DNA of 64,000 nt from positions 19,646 through 83,645 of the IMG/VR virus record IMGVR_UViG_3300045988_126851, one strand, 5' to 3'. Each line of letters starts with the position of its first letter. Within the stretch, counting starts at the first letter, position 1. This DNA is from a virus. Under the pieces are notes generated by a model. That model worked only from the letters and a program-made list of their open reading frames with translations. It ran no database searches and was not told where the DNA came from. The position numbers were made by a program, and so were the translations under genes. Shown piece after piece: positions 1 through 7,705 of this stretch.

Positions 1-143
1 TAATAAATTCTTTTTTCATATCTTTAAGCTTTTAGTGTTATTTAAGGTATAAGAGGAGATCTTGAGACCCCTTCTTATAATCACCTAACCCTGTGTAATA
101 ATGGTGAACTATTCTTATATGTAACTTAAAAATTATTTAGAGT

Positions 144-761
144 ATGGAAAAGAACTTTTTAAACATCACTCCAGAGAGTGGAAATGGAAATCAAGAAGTA
201 ACCGTAAATGCAAAAGCTAACGTCTCTCTAGAAGATCGAGAAGAGACGTTGAGAATCAGATCCTCAACAGGGAAAGAGGCTTCTGTAAGAATAACCCAGG
301 ATGGTGTACCTTTTATGGCTCATATTGGAGTAGTACCTAGAAATATCTTCCCCGCAAGTACTGGACATCCTACAAATATTACCTTTTTAAAAACTACTTG
401 GGATTCCGAAGGTATACCAACTACTGAACTGAAAGTAGCTAATTCAGATGAAAGAGAGCTTGAGTTTATACCATATTTCCAACTCCTAATCAGAAAGGAT
501 ATAGCAGATGAATTATTACCTCCTGGGGAGTATGGAAACCCTGCGATGTATATTCAAGATGCTCTACTAGATCAATCTCTAACTGGTATTGGTATAAGCT
601 TTAATCAAATTACTATAAAGGGGATTGAATATTATACTGCAGCAATAGAGGGATCTTACTATAAAGAAGATTTTCATGCTAGCATAGGATTATGCTATGA
701 ATATGAAGAGGTTGAATTATTCCGATTATGTACACAGAGATTTGATATTCACTGGTTCTAG
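144..761 (+). CDS. hypothetical protein with N-terminal BACON/Ig-like module; paralog of 1126..1758
   Basis: 205-aa ORF. The first ~55 aa (FLNITPESGNGNQEVTVNAKANVSLEDREETLRIRSSTGKEASVRITQDG) align with the N-terminus of the 1126..1758 product. They fit the short beta-sandwich pattern of BACON-type domains. Confidence 0.6.
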   Translation: MEKNFLNITPESGNGNQEVTVNAKANVSLEDREETLRIRSSTGKEASVRITQDGVPFMAHIGVVPRNIFPASTGHPTNITFLKTTWDSEGIPTTELKVANSDERELEFIPYFQLLIRKDIADELLPPGEYGNPAMYIQDALLDQSLTGIGISFNQITIKGIEYYTAAIEGSYYKEDFHASIGLCYEYEEVELFRLCTQRFDIHWF

Positions 762-778
762 AGAAAAATTATATAAAC

Positions 779-1030
779 ATGGTAACAGTAGAAAGAATTA
801 GAGATGATAGTGAAAAGAGAATACTAAGATGTTCTGAGGGTAATAGAGTTTGGTATCAGATGTGGATTGATCCCGAAGATATGCTAAGAATAGAACTACT
901 ATTGGAGGGAGGGAGTAGAACTTGGATGATAGAACTTCAGAAGTATTATGTATTCTTTTATGAGAGAAAGAATGGTAGAAGGATCTTAGGGAAGGATAGG
1001 ATTAAGAAGATATTAGATACCCTTTTATAA
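779..1030 (+). CDS. hypothetical protein
   Basis: 83-aa ORF lying between the two plus-strand paralogs. No recognisable motif. Confidence 0.45.
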   Translation: MVTVERIRDDSEKRILRCSEGNRVWYQMWIDPEDMLRIELLLEGGSRTWMIELQKYYVFFYERKNGRRILGKDRIKKILDTLL

Positions 1031-1038
1031 AGAAGTGA

Positions 1039-1065
1039 AAGCCAGGGATGTTTGGTCTCTGGCTT
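1039..1065 (+). terminator. possible hairpin terminator
   Basis: AAGCCAG (1039-1045) pairs with CTGGCTT (1059-1065) and is followed by CTTTGTGTG. It lies just after the stop at 1030. Confidence 0.35.
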
Positions 1066-1125
1066 CTTTGTGTGAAGTATATGGGGTATACTATAACCCC
1101 ATATAAACCTTTAATATGTAAGTGT

Positions 1126-1758
1126 ATGGATAAAAGTTTTTTAAGTGTATCTCCAAGTGAAGGAGAAGGTAATGCTCAAGTAGTTATTAATGTTAAGGAA
1201 AATATGTCTCTAGATGAAAGGTCTGAGAGCCTTAATATCCGAACGAGTAATGGAGTAGAGAAGCAAGTGAGGATTACTCAGGATCCTGGTATGATCTTCT
1301 TCCCTACTATGCAAGTATCGGGCATCAAGGTAGGACAGGGAGAGCAGAAGTTTGCTTCCTTAAATCATTATCCTGTGATATCTCCCCAGAGTGATAAGAA
1401 TTGGTTGGTAGATAGTATTAATATAGGGAACCTATTATTAAGCTTTACGAACGGTGGGGTAATAGTTTTTCGATTAAGGATTCTTATGAGAAAAAGTTTC
1501 TGGGAGAATTATACTCCTGAGATTAACCAGGGAGGTTCTACCTATTACCTTGAGGATAAGAGTAAAGAGTTATATTCTATTGATGAATTTTGGTACCTTA
1601 AAGATGACTGGGTATATGTGGGATGGAATTGGAATATGGACTCTTCTGAAGGTTCTCATATTCCTTCTGCTACTTTAGATTATGATAATGGGGAAGGAGA
1701 GTATAAGACTTTATTTGAATGGAGATTCTCGGCTGATTCAATGGATTTATTACCTTAG
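1126..1758 (+). CDS. hypothetical protein with N-terminal BACON/Ig-like module; paralog of 144..761
   Basis: The track ORF starts at 1048, but the ATG at 1126 (MDKSFLSVSPSEGEGNAQVVINVKENMSLDERSESLNIRTSNGVEKQVRITQD) aligns with the start of the 144..761 product. Confidence 0.6.
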   Translation: MDKSFLSVSPSEGEGNAQVVINVKENMSLDERSESLNIRTSNGVEKQVRITQDPGMIFFPTMQVSGIKVGQGEQKFASLNHYPVISPQSDKNWLVDSINIGNLLLSFTNGGVIVFRLRILMRKSFWENYTPEINQGGSTYYLEDKSKELYSIDEFWYLKDDWVYVGWNWNMDSSEGSHIPSATLDYDNGEGEYKTLFEWRFSADSMDLLP

Positions 1759-1864
1759 TAAGGATTGGGAAGTTCTGGTATGCCCTTAATACGAAAGCCC
1801 AAAATCATGGCCTACTAAAAAGGGCGGACGGTTACGTTAATTTTAACATTTTAAAAATAAAGAT

Positions 1865-1890
1865 AAGGGACAATGTTTTTATTGTCCCTT
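1865..1890 (+). terminator. rho-independent terminator, probably bidirectional, between convergent genes
   Basis: AAGGGACAAT (1865-1874) pairs with ATTGTCCCTT (1881-1890) across a 6-nt loop. It is followed by TTTATTT and preceded by an A-rich run. Confidence 0.7.
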
Positions 1891-2024
1891 TTTATTTCAG
1901 TCCTTAAAATACTCGTTTTCTTTGTTATTTAAACTTTCTTTTGTGTCTCTATACATTTGCTTAATTAAAAGAAATAATGCAGCAAATAAAGCTATATTTA
2001 GTAATACCATAAAGAAGTTATTTA

Positions 2025-2050
2025 AAGGGAGTATTTTAAAATACTCCCTT
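2025..2050 (-). terminator. hairpin terminator after gene 2062..2478
   Basis: Perfect 26-nt palindrome AAGGGAGTATTTTAAAATACTCCCTT, starting 11 nt past the stop codon (2062-2064). Confidence 0.55.
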
Positions 2051-2061
2051 ATATTAGTGTA

Positions 2062-2478
2062 TTATTTATTAAAATCTTTTACGATTTCAAGACCTTTTTT
2101 CAAAATCTCCTTTTTTTCTTCTTTAGTGTTTTCGCTTGCAATAGAAGCAAATGAAAAATCATTCAAAACGTATGCAGATTTATAAAAATCTAAAAAAGCC
2201 CCGATTAATTTTTCAGATTTATTTTCTACTATTGTAGAGAGCATAGAATAAGTGTAGTTTCTTAGTTTCTTTCTCGCTGCCTTTTTCTTTTTCTCATCCA
2301 TGCCATCAAATAGAGTATTTTTATAAATCTCTGTTTTTTGTCCTAAAGAAGTTTTTAAAAGTCCGTTTGTTTTTTCTTTAGTTGTTTTAAACAACTCATT
2401 AAAAGAAATTGTAGCATTTGCTTTACTTGTTGCAATTGCTTTTTCTGCACTCACTTGATTTACTTTTGTTGTTGACAT
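2062..2478 (-). CDS. hypothetical lysine-rich protein
   Basis: 138-aa ORF on the dominant coding strand, flanked by a hairpin terminator. Contains a KKKKAARKKLRN stretch. Confidence 0.6.
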   Translation of the reverse strand: MSTTKVNQVSAEKAIATSKANATISFNELFKTTKEKTNGLLKTSLGQKTEIYKNTLFDGMDEKKKKAARKKLRNYTYSMLSTIVENKSEKLIGAFLDFYKSAYVLNDFSFASIASENTKEEKKEILKKGLEIVKDFNK

Positions 2479-2584
2479 AATAAAAATACTTTTAGTTTTT
2501 ATGTTTATTTTATTATAACCTTTTCTCTATAAAACTAAAAGATTTTATAAGAAAAAGAGAAAAGGTTTTTGTTTCATTTCTGTA

Positions 2585-2596
2585 TTGCAAATATAA
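2585..2596 (-). promoter_or_regulatory. Bacteroidota-type -7 promoter element (TAnnTTTG)
   Basis: Reverse complement reads TTATATTTGCAA. It sits ~109 nt upstream of the ATG at 2478, a longer leader than at the other copies. Confidence 0.4.
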
Positions 2597-2661
2597 GAAC
2601 TATTTTTTAATCTACAAAATTTTTTGAGATTTTTTTTTGAAAAATTTTTAGAGAGTATTTT

Positions 2662-2853
2662 TCAACTCTCTAAATTAAATCCCGTTAAATCTGTAATATT
2701 CTCTACATTTTTGATTAGCTCAAAAACTTCGTCCAAAGTTACATTATTTTTCTTTAATAAATAAGATGTTAGTTTTTTTGCTGCACTCATTGAAGAAATA
2801 GCTTCAATAAGATAATACTTTTCATCTGTTGTAATAACTAAATACTTTTTCAT
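2662..2853 (-). CDS. hypothetical small protein
   Basis: The track ORF begins at a GTG (2877). The first ATG is at 2853 (MKKYLVITTDEKYY...), 28 nt downstream of the promoter motif. Confidence 0.45.
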   Translation of the reverse strand: MKKYLVITTDEKYYLIEAISSMSAAKKLTSYLLKKNNVTLDEVFELIKNVENITDLTGFNLES

Positions 2854-2877
2854 AACCCTATTATTTTTGTTTTTCAC

Positions 2878-2890
2878 TATGCAAATATAA
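2878..2890 (-). promoter_or_regulatory. Bacteroidota-type -7 promoter element
   Basis: Reverse complement reads TTATATTTGCATA. The ATG at 2853 lies 28 nt after the TTTG. Confidence 0.6.
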
Positions 2891-3329
2891 AAACTTTATT
2901 TAGATTACGCAAATATTTAGAGAAAAATTTTCAAGAAAATGAAGTTTTTAAAAATCAAAAATTTTAAAATTAAAATTTGCAAAAATCTAAAAATTGGAGA
3001 GGTTTTTAGATTGCACCCTAAAAAGTAGTTTAAAATTTGCACTTAAATTTGGGGGTACGTTCAAGCTTAAAATCACGCACGCTTTGTAGCTATATAGATT
3101 ACCTGTATGAATAGAGAGAGTATTGGTTATAGGTATAGAAGTATCCCATAGGCCATTAATGGTACCCAGTAGTAAATTTCTCTAAGGTCCTTCAAATTGC
3201 ATAGGAAGCCATTAAGGGAATATTCTAGAAGGCTTATAGGTATAGAGGTATTAGAGCCTAATTACCTAATCTAATATAAGGCCATAGATAGTGATTTTGA
3301 AAATAGGGTGTAAGGTAAGAACATAAAAA

Positions 3330-3357
3330 GGTCCAGTACCAAAGTTAGGTCTGGACC
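3330..3357 (-). terminator. rho-independent terminator after gene 3381..3761
   Basis: GGTCCAG (3330-3336) pairs with CTGGACC (3351-3357). On the minus strand the hairpin is followed by TTTTTATG. Confidence 0.65.
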
Positions 3358-3380
3358 AAAGTTAGGCTTAGTAGGATTAA

Positions 3381-3761
3381 TTAGCAAGTGAAAGGAACTG
3401 TTACCATGACCAATGTAGACCATATATGTATTAGGGGCATTTCTAGTGAAGCTTCGGGATCGAAAGGAAATACCTGATGTAATTGATTAGAGATTTCTAA
3501 AGATTCTTCTGGGGTAAGTGTATCGGGATCCTTAATGGTAAAGGACCATAGGTGAAAGCCTTGTTCCTCATGGTCGATAGTGTTAATGGATATTAGGGTT
3601 AACCGTTCTGGGATTTGGGTTTCCTGGATTTCAGAAAGGATAGGATAAATGTAATCCTTGATCCCCTGTTCGAAATGAGGATAGGAATCAGGTGCAGCAA
3701 TTAATGAAAGATTAATACTTTTTGCAAAATTAAATTCAGTGTTTAAAATACTTGTTCTCAT
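3381..3761 (-). CDS. hypothetical protein embedded in the repeat-rich non-coding region
   Basis: 126-aa ORF with its own promoter motif (3791-3802) and terminator (3330-3357). Confidence 0.6.
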   Translation of the reverse strand: MRTSILNTEFNFAKSINLSLIAAPDSYPHFEQGIKDYIYPILSEIQETQIPERLTLISINTIDHEEQGFHLWSFTIKDPDTLTPEESLEISNQLHQVFPFDPEASLEMPLIHIWSTLVMVTVPFTC

Positions 3762-3790
3762 AAGTCTATCTTTAATTAGTTATTATTACA

Positions 3791-3802
3791 ATGCAAATAT
3801 AA
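3791..3802 (-). promoter_or_regulatory. Bacteroidota-type -7 promoter element
   Basis: Reverse complement reads TATATTTGCAT. The ATG at 3761 lies 32 nt downstream. Confidence 0.6.
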
Positions 3803-4230
3803 ATATTAAATATTATATATGCAAATCCTCAATTGCTTTATAGGAGTACCTAAGGGCCTTGATTATATTTTTAAATCCTTGAGGCCATGAATGGAGTAAG
3901 GCCATAATCCTAATTTGCCTTATAACCTTTACCCTATATAAACCTATACCTAATAAGGCAATCAAGGTACCCCTAAATCACAAAATGTCCTAGAATTATT
4001 GCATTTATCAATAATATAAATACTAATGCAATAACTTACATAGTTACTAGGATAATTGCCTAATAATCCCCTATGATTACCTATAAAATCCTATTTCTAG
4101 GTACCTTGAAGGCAATTATAATCCCCAAGAGATCCTAATTTACCCCTGAATAAGAGAGATCAGTAAAAGGCAACATCCTACAAACAACCGTACACTGCCT
4201 TTTTAACACGTAGCCTATTTTATCAACTAT

Positions 4231-4244
4231 TATATATATATATA
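4231..4244. repeat. (TA)7 microsatellite
   Basis: tatatatatatata, read directly from the sequence. Confidence 0.9.
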
Positions 4245-4389
4245 CTAATATAAAAGGTAAATTAGGCAAATGGCAAATAGAAGGCCATTAATCGACTACT
4301 GTACTAAAGCTATAGTACACTCCTACAAACGTTTGTAGCTATATGACTATCTGTATTATAATTACCTTTTACCTTCACATGCCTTACCT

Positions 4390-4404
4390 TATATATATAT
4401 ATAT
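4390..4404. repeat. (TA)7 microsatellite
   Basis: tatatatatatatat, read directly. It lies ~160 bp from the first tract, near the point where motif orientation switches. Confidence 0.9.
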
Positions 4405-4572
4405 GTATATAATAAGCGGCCATTAATGGTACTGGGATTATGAGGATTTTATGGAGATTAGGGGCCTTTTTATTGCCTTTTTGTGATTACCTTAAAATGA
4501 GCCAAGTAGCTCTAGAGTATAGTAGCTATATAGTAATGTGGTATGTTTTGTATAGTAAGTAGGGGGATTGCC

Positions 4573-4605
4573 TTGAGGTACCTCAAATTTTCGAAACCCC
4601 CGGGG
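4573..4605. repeat. cluster of three adjacent perfect palindromes
   Basis: TTGAGGTACCTCAA (4573-4586), TTTCGAAA (4589-4596) and CCCCGGGG (4598-4605). Confidence 0.85.
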
Positions 4606-4782
4606 ATACCTTGTATATGTATCTTAGATATGTATTATATGATATGAGTATTAATAGTAATGATGATATATGGTAATAGGTATTAGTGTATTATATGAGG
4701 TATAGGATATGATTATATTGATTAGGTATATAGGTATTATGTATACCTTTAGTGTATAGGTTCTTTATTATTTCTCTTTTGT

Positions 4783-4906
4783 TTTTGTTTGGGGAGGGGG
4801 ATTGGTTATAGGTACCTTTGTATTAGGATCATTAAGGTGGTATATATTATTAGGATTAGGATTTGTGATATTAGGTACCTTATTTTGTTTGTTGGGGGGG
4901 ATTGGT
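4783..4906. repeat. two copies of TTTTGTTT-(G-run)-ATTGGT spaced exactly 100 bp apart
   Basis: 4783-4806 reads ttttgtttggggagggggattggt and 4883-4906 reads ttttgtttgttgggggggattggt. The flanking sequence is loosely similar between the two. Confidence 0.75.
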
Positions 4907-4975
4907 AGGTGTTCTCATTGTGTATGAGGATTAGGATGGTGATTAGGGATAGGATTACCTTTAGGTATGTGATAT

Positions 4976-5224
4976 TCATGGTAGTGGGATTATATCGATT
5001 ATGGTTATATCACTTAGATTTATTTGTAATATCCCTCTTAACCTTAGCCTTATGAATTCTGAGTGAAGGTGGTTGTTGTTTATTTCTTGGTGGGGGTAGC
5101 GAAAGTAAGGATTTAGTTCCTCAGTTCTGTATGGGATTACCATTTCCTCTGTGAAACCCTCTGTGTAGTCTTTAGTGTGACCTGGTACCTCGAAAGATAC
5201 CAGGAATTCCCCTTTTGTTAGCAT
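4976..5224 (-). CDS. hypothetical protein
   Basis: 82-aa ORF on the dominant strand. It overlaps the stop of the upstream gene by 7 nt. Confidence 0.5.
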   Translation of the reverse strand: MLTKGEFLVSFEVPGHTKDYTEGFTEEMVIPYRTEELNPYFRYPHQEINNNHLHSEFIRLRLRGILQINLSDITIIDIIPLP

Positions 5225-5601
5225 GGCTCTAGTTCATTAGTTAGTATTCGGATATCGGTATATTGATTCATGTATTCCTCTTCTGAAGATATGTCTAAGC
5301 ATTTACATGCTATGTAGTGACCGTACATCGATATACCCGATTTATAGCCCTGGTCTTCGTTTAGGAAGTAGGCTAATCCTTTCCTATTGATTTCGATTAC
5401 GGGGTAAGGAGGTTCTCCATTGGTTGCTTCCTTATCGAAGGTAGCAAAGTCATAAGTATCCGTATTATCAGTCATGGTAGCAAATATTTCTATTAGCCAG
5501 GTAAAATCCTCTAGAGGTACTTTATCTAGCCATTCCCATCCGATTGGGTAATCGTTTATGGTTATGGTTAAGTTACTGAGAATAGTTGAATTTAGTTTCA
5601 T
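5218..5601 (-). CDS. hypothetical protein
   Basis: 127-aa ORF at the start of the early-gene block. Confidence 0.6.
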   Translation of the reverse strand: MKLNSTILSNLTITINDYPIGWEWLDKVPLEDFTWLIEIFATMTDNTDTYDFATFDKEATNGEPPYPVIEINRKGLAYFLNEDQGYKSGISMYGHYIACKCLDISSEEEYMNQYTDIRILTNELEPC

Positions 5602-5702
5602 ATTTTGTTAGTTGAGTTGAGGGTTAAAAGCGGATTGGGTTGGTTTAATATTTCTGAGTAGAACACAAGTTAGATTGCGATCTTGATCAGGAACTCCCAC
5701 TA

Positions 5703-5945
5703 TTACGTAGAAATATAAGGGATCTTTTGGTATATCAAATATGAATGCTGATACCTTTCTTTCCCCATTTCTATTCGTTCGATATGGGTATTTTCTAGTT
5801 TTCCGTTTAGTAGTACATGAGATAAATATTCTTTGATAGCTTGGGATTCTCTTTCTGGTTTGAAATCCCAGGTATTTAGCATATCGTTAAACCATTCAGG
5901 ATTATCGCAGAGTTTTATTAATTGGTTTTTGATGTATTCTGTCAT
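5703..5945 (-). CDS. hypothetical protein
   Basis: 80-aa ORF. Its start overlaps the upstream stop (5942-5945). Confidence 0.55.
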   Translation of the reverse strand: MTEYIKNQLIKLCDNPEWFNDMLNTWDFKPERESQAIKEYLSHVLLNGKLENTHIERIEMGKERYQHSYLIYQKIPYIST

Positions 5946-6217
5946 TTTCCGTAATGTTTTAGTTCTTTGTTATATTCGGGGTATTTATTCTCGTAGTAGT
6001 CATAAAGATAAGTGTATTCGTCATCTCCAGACCAGCAATCTATGAAGTATTCATATTGATCCTCTGTTGCTTGTGATGGGTGTATATGCAAAGTGTATTT
6101 GCAGTAATGTTCCCATACCGTTTTTGGTTGAAAGTTATTCTTGGTAGGGAAAAGCATAATAGCTATCACGGTAGCTATCAAGGCAATTAGTATTAATTTG
6201 ATTCTAGTCATGATCAT
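5942..6217 (-). CDS. hypothetical membrane-anchored protein
   Basis: 91-aa ORF with an N-terminal hydrophobic helix (IKLILIALIATVIAIMLF). Confidence 0.6.
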   Translation of the reverse strand: MIMTRIKLILIALIATVIAIMLFPTKNNFQPKTVWEHYCKYTLHIHPSQATEDQYEYFIDCWSGDDEYTYLYDYYENKYPEYNKELKHYGK

Positions 6218-6573
6218 AAGGGTTTAGCGATTACTGATATAAAGCCCTGTGGGTATAGAGTATAAAAGATTTGGTAATCTCCATTTGGTAAGAATACTTC
6301 CAGGATATTTGCTAGCAATGGGTAGATTTTCCATTGGTTATCTTCTAGGAAGGTTACCCAGTCCTTTATTTCATCATCTAAATAGTTCCCAGTGAGTTGA
6401 ATGTGATAGGTTTCTTGATCCGGGACAAATACATTGGTTACTACCTGAATCTCATTGGATTCCTTTTTGTATTGAAGAATGGGATACCAGATGCCTTCGG
6501 TTTTCCATTTATTAAGTTGGAATAGGGACATACCCTGTTCTAGAGTGTTGAGCAGTTTATATAAATTTATCAT
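6214..6573 (-). CDS. hypothetical protein
   Basis: 119-aa ORF. It shares a 4-nt overlap with the downstream gene. Confidence 0.6.
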   Translation of the reverse strand: MINLYKLLNTLEQGMSLFQLNKWKTEGIWYPILQYKKESNEIQVVTNVFVPDQETYHIQLTGNYLDDEIKDWVTFLEDNQWKIYPLLANILEVFLPNGDYQIFYTLYPQGFISVIAKPL

Positions 6574-6578
6574 AGGGA

Positions 6579-7100
6579 TTAGGATTTTAGTGACTGGAAT
6601 AATTTAGAGATATACAAGGACTTTATAAGATCAGGAGTAAGGTGATCTTCTTCCCATTTTACAAGAGCTTTATATAGTTCATCATAGGTATTTACCATAT
6701 CTTCGTCCTGTTCTTCATCTTGGATAAATTCCCAGAGATGTTTTTTAAGTTTGTTGAGGATTTCCTCTTGGTGATCTGGGGATAATTTGGTAATACCAAA
6801 GATGATTGCCTCTACCTGTGAGGGTGAGTAATCACGGTATTGGTCATCGGCACCTTCCGTTAAATTCATACGGGAGATAAGGTTTTCATTTAGGTTTTCG
6901 AATAAGGTTTCTTCTGAAGAATAAATAATAAGGTAGCCAGAAATGGAAGAAGCAAGAGGGTCATTGCCCAAATCGATTGAGTAAACTTGGATACCTCTGT
7001 TATATGGATTAATGTAGAGCCCATCGGTGTAGTCATAAGTATAAATGGGATGGGAAGCAAGCAAGTTGCCGATGTCGATTAAATTTTTTAACTGTTTCAT
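6579..7100 (-). CDS. hypothetical protein
   Basis: 173-aa ORF directly behind promoter/leader cassette copy 1. Confidence 0.65.
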   Translation of the reverse strand: MKQLKNLIDIGNLLASHPIYTYDYTDGLYINPYNRGIQVYSIDLGNDPLASSISGYLIIYSSEETLFENLNENLISRMNLTEGADDQYRDYSPSQVEAIIFGITKLSPDHQEEILNKLKKHLWEFIQDEEQDEDMVNTYDELYKALVKWEEDHLTPDLIKSLYISKLFQSLKS

Positions 7101-7166
7101 AATGTCTATATTTAAATTGTTTTTCTATGCAAATATAATCATTTTTATTTTTATAGAAAAATATAT
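7098..7166 (-). repeat. promoter plus 5' leader cassette, copy 1
   Basis: 69 nt, identical at 68 of 69 positions to 8080-8148. It includes the ATG, a 29-nt leader, TTATATTTGCATA and ~28 nt upstream. Confidence 0.9.
7126..7138 (-). promoter_or_regulatory. Bacteroidota-type -7 promoter element
   Basis: Reverse complement reads TTATATTTGCATA. The ATG at 7100 lies 29 nt after the TTTG. Confidence 0.65.
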
Positions 7167-7288
7167 CAAAAGAATTTTTAATCAAAAGGGAGTTCCCAGT
7201 CCCTGTTAGTGATAGGTTTTATCATAATAATCAGTGATATTGAGAACTCCCATAACGGCAAATGAAAGAAAGTGATTAAGTTTTGGTA

Positions 7289-7705
7289 TTAGTATAGTTC
7301 ATCTGCCAGGCTTGGTTCTGGGTTATCAGATTCTTTTTCTTTAATTACGCATTCGTTACATTTTGTAGAGGATGAGGCTCTAGTGAATTTTTGATATGAG
7401 AATTGTTTGGTGTCCTCATCATAGGCAAATCTAAATATACCTTTACGGGCAATTCTCTTCCCGTAAGTTTTCTTTAGATTGTTATACCAGTCCATATATT
7501 CCTGAGGAGATTTAAAGATTTCTTCTTTGCCCTCTTGATCAGGATCTTTGCTTATGGGTCTTACCCTCCAGTTAACCTTAATCTGATCAGGTAACATAGT
7601 TAGCGATAAAAAATATCGTGTCCAAGTACCTAACATAATGTTTCCAGTTTCCATCTCAATTGTAGAGGGAACCATTAATTGTGGAGTATAACAGTATTTT
7701 CTCAT
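7289..7705 (-). CDS. hypothetical protein
   Basis: 138-aa ORF. Its start overlaps the stop of the upstream gene by 4 nt. Confidence 0.6.
   Translation of the reverse strand: MRKYCYTPQLMVPSTIEMETGNIMLGTWTRYFLSLTMLPDQIKVNWRVRPISKDPDQEGKEEIFKSPQEYMDWYNNLKKTYGKRIARKGIFRFAYDEDTKQFSYQKFTRASSSTKCNECVIKEKESDNPEPSLADELY

Larger units (their letters stand above)
3762..4975. other. ~1.2 kb ORF-free region built from short oriented motifs (candidate origin or protein-binding array)
   Basis: No ORF of 60 aa or more on either strand. The left part is G-poor with CCTAAT, TACCT and TAATCC words. The right part is C-poor with their complements ATTAGG, AGGTA and GGATTA. It also holds (TA)7 tracts, palindromes and G-runs. 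Confidence 0.6.

Noticed and set aside
1-19. Possible minus-strand gene start (cat at 17-19, reading MKKEFI...) running off the window edge
   Set aside because: Only six codons are visible, so it cannot be supported.
144-1758. Invertible host-range segment (Mu G-segment style) as an explanation for the opposite-strand paralogs
   Set aside because: I found no flanking inverted repeats and no invertase gene in the window.
1922-2185. 87-aa plus-strand ORF starting at a TTG and overlapping gene 2062..2478 and two terminator hairpins
   Set aside because: It runs through both hairpins, is low in complexity and hydrophobic as a result of AT-rich composition, and is antisense to a better-supported gene.
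2900-3060. Near-matches to the promoter motif (gcaaatatttag at ~2909, atgcaaatcc at ~3820, and aaaatttgca on the plus strand at ~2971 and ~3031) and the A-tract-rich stretch 2941-2995 as bent DNA
   Set aside because: The 8-mers do not fit TAnnTTTG. The A-tract spacing of about 7-9 nt is not helically phased. They are noted only as part of the non-coding region.
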